The notes under the pieces were generated by a model. It ran no database searches and had not been told where the DNA came from. It saw nothing but the letters and a program-made list of their open reading frames with translations. A DNA stretch of 64,000 nucleotides from a plasmid. The position numbers and the translations under genes are program-made. Where the stretch lies: sequence record NZ_CP119397.1; one strand, written 5' to 3'. This document shows positions 62,328 to 64,000 of this stretch, piece after piece. Every line of letters begins with the position of its first letter. The stretch's first letter is position 1.

Positions 62328-63425
62328 ATGGCCATGATCAAAGGCTTCAGTGAAGATAAAGCCGCAGAAAACTGCTCGGCTGAAACCATCGCTTACCTGA
62401 ACGCGACGCTCGCGACCCCGATTGAGCAGCTGGAAGATTATTCCGATAACGATCCGCCGTTCAGCAAAGCGTTCATGCTGTTTACCCGGTTGTCACTGAT
62501 GGTTACACGCCGCCGCCCGGAGCTGGGGGTGCATTGTATTCTGATCCACGTCATGCCGAAAATTGCTGACCTGCCGATCTCAAAAATCACCAAAGTCACG
62601 GTGAACCGGCTGACCAACCCGCTGATTATGCAAGGGAAAATTGTGCAGAGTAAGCGCGTGTTTTCCCTGATGAAACAGTTTCTGGCCTGGTGTGTTTATC
62701 AGGGCTACCTGGAGCAATCGCCGGTTGGGGACATCCCGATCAATAAAGTCGGCGGCACGGCACCCGCGCCCCGCGAGCGCACCCTGTCAGACGCTGAAAT
62801 CTGGGTGTTCTGGCACATCTGGGATTACCACAATGTCAGCGAATCCACCCGCTGGGCTTCCCGGTTGGTGCTGGCCGCCGCGCGCCGCCCGGATGAGGTG
62901 CTGCGCGCCAGGGTCAGCGAGTTTGATCTGGAAAATAACATGTGGAACCAGGGCAACCGCAATAAATCCCACCGTGATCACCGTCTGCCCATCAGCCCGA
63001 TCATGAAACTCTGCATTGAAAAGCTGATTGCGGCGGGTAAAGGCAGTGAATGGCTGGTGCCGTCCAACAAAAAGCCCAACGCGCCGATGTCCAAAGTGGT
63101 GCTCAGCCAAGCGTTACGGCGGATGACCAGTGACCCGACCATGCCGGCGATGGAACCTTTTTCACCACGCGATTTACGCCGGACGGCCAGGAGTTGCCTG
63201 GCGTCACTCAATGTCACCAGCGATGTTTCGCGTAAAATCCTTAACCAGAGTCTGGTCGGGCTGGACCGCACCTATGACCGGCACGACTATATTGAGCAGA
63301 TGCAGGACGCGCTGTGCAAATACTCGGACTTTCTTTTCACATTGATAGAGCATGATGGCGTAGGCGAACTGAACCATAAATACAAAGGCGATCGCCTTGA
63401 TGTGGGAAATAGCCGGTTAGGGTAA
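62328..63425 (+). mobile_element. Tyrosine recombinase (P4-type integrase), N-terminally truncated
   Basis: C-terminal catalytic domain with R..HRD..R and terminal Tyr (LVGLDRTYDRHDY) present; N-terminal DUF4102/arm-binding region absent; no adjacent tRNA. Confidence 0.75.
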
Positions 63426-63469
63426 AATCCACTTTATTTACCCTAACCGGCGTGAGGCGGAAAAATAGG

Positions 63470-63958
63470 CTAGGTGCGGGTGAGTGCGTTATTTTCCTGC
63501 TGCTCAAGGGCCGATTTCGCCACCTGATAACAGGCATTCACATGGGCATTGCCCACATATTTCATGGCGGTAAAACCAATGCCCGCGGCAATAATCTGGC
63601 CGGCGAACGGCACATATTTTACCAGTTGCTTTGAGGCCATTTTCACGCCCACTTTTTTCAGCAGCCTGATCACCAAATCACGGGTAATTGAATGCCCGAT
63701 CACCTTGGAGCCAATGCTGCCGGCAGTGGTCAGCACCAGGGCTTTGGTGGTTGGGTCCAGCGCCTCGATATCCGCTTCTGACAGCTCAAACTTCTTGCTG
63801 ATCGCCGGTAACATCTCCAGCAAAATCGCGGCATCGGAGCCGACATCGATCCCCGGCAGCGGCACGGCAGACGCCACCCCCGAAAGTGATGAACGGCGGG
63901 TGACCAGGCGATAGCAGTCATCACGGACTTTATTGAGTTCTTCCATTGTCTTGATCAT
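63470..63958 (-). CDS. Hypothetical protein, DUF697-like
   Basis: Pattern VPLPGIDVG..AAILLEMLPAIS resembling DUF697; weak. Confidence 0.45.
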   Translation of the reverse strand: MIKTMEELNKVRDDCYRLVTRRSSLSGVASAVPLPGIDVGSDAAILLEMLPAISKKFELSEADIEALDPTTKALVLTTAGSIGSKVIGHSITRDLVIRLLKKVGVKMASKQLVKYVPFAGQIIAAGIGFTAMKYVGNAHVNACYQVAKSALEQQENNALTRT

Positions 63959-64000
63959 GCGGGCACCCCGTTTTGCGTCAACATGGAAATAAGTATAGCT

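Overview
This 64 kb window looks like a high-GC (~58-60%) Enterobacterales accessory segment, from a chromosome or megaplasmid, dominated by carbohydrate and redox catabolism genes. I found no rRNA, tRNA or CRISPR array. Contents in order:
- Trehalose/glycogen genes split across the two ends: glgX/treX-like plus a GH15 hydrolase at 1.8-6.1 kb, and treZ-treY at 56.2-60.5 kb.
- Two paralogous catabolic modules (Gfo/Idh/MocA oxidoreductase, xylose-isomerase-like TIM barrel, MFS transporter) with AraC and TetR regulators. One module carries a DUF993-like gene frameshifted at a C6 homopolymer.
- A reverse-order toxin-antitoxin pair (RelE/ParE-superfamily toxin followed by an XRE HTH antitoxin).
- Several LysR-regulated SDR, AKR and flavoprotein genes, an outer-membrane porin beside a methyl-accepting chemotaxis protein, and a guanidine-II (mini-ykkC) riboswitch directly upstream of sugE/gdx.
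- REP-like palindromic elements that bracket gene blocks, including a low-GC islet encoding a 644 aa signal-peptide protein of unknown fold.
- A degenerate island with an N-terminally truncated P4-type integrase at 61-64 kb.

The most notable feature is a lower-GC, translationally coupled minus-strand operon at 47.6-54.4 kb. It encodes a Fre-like flavin reductase, an HpaB-family oxygenase, a NUDIX hydrolase, an M24 creatinase/prolidase-like hydrolase, an SbnA-like PLP beta-replacement enzyme, PyrD and PyrE paralogs and a ParB/Srx-fold protein. A LOG-family nucleotide N-glycosidase follows ~375 bp downstream. I know of no characterized pathway with this gene set. It looks like a candidate biosynthetic or salvage system for a modified pyrimidine-like base, nucleotide or heterocyclic beta-substituted alanine.
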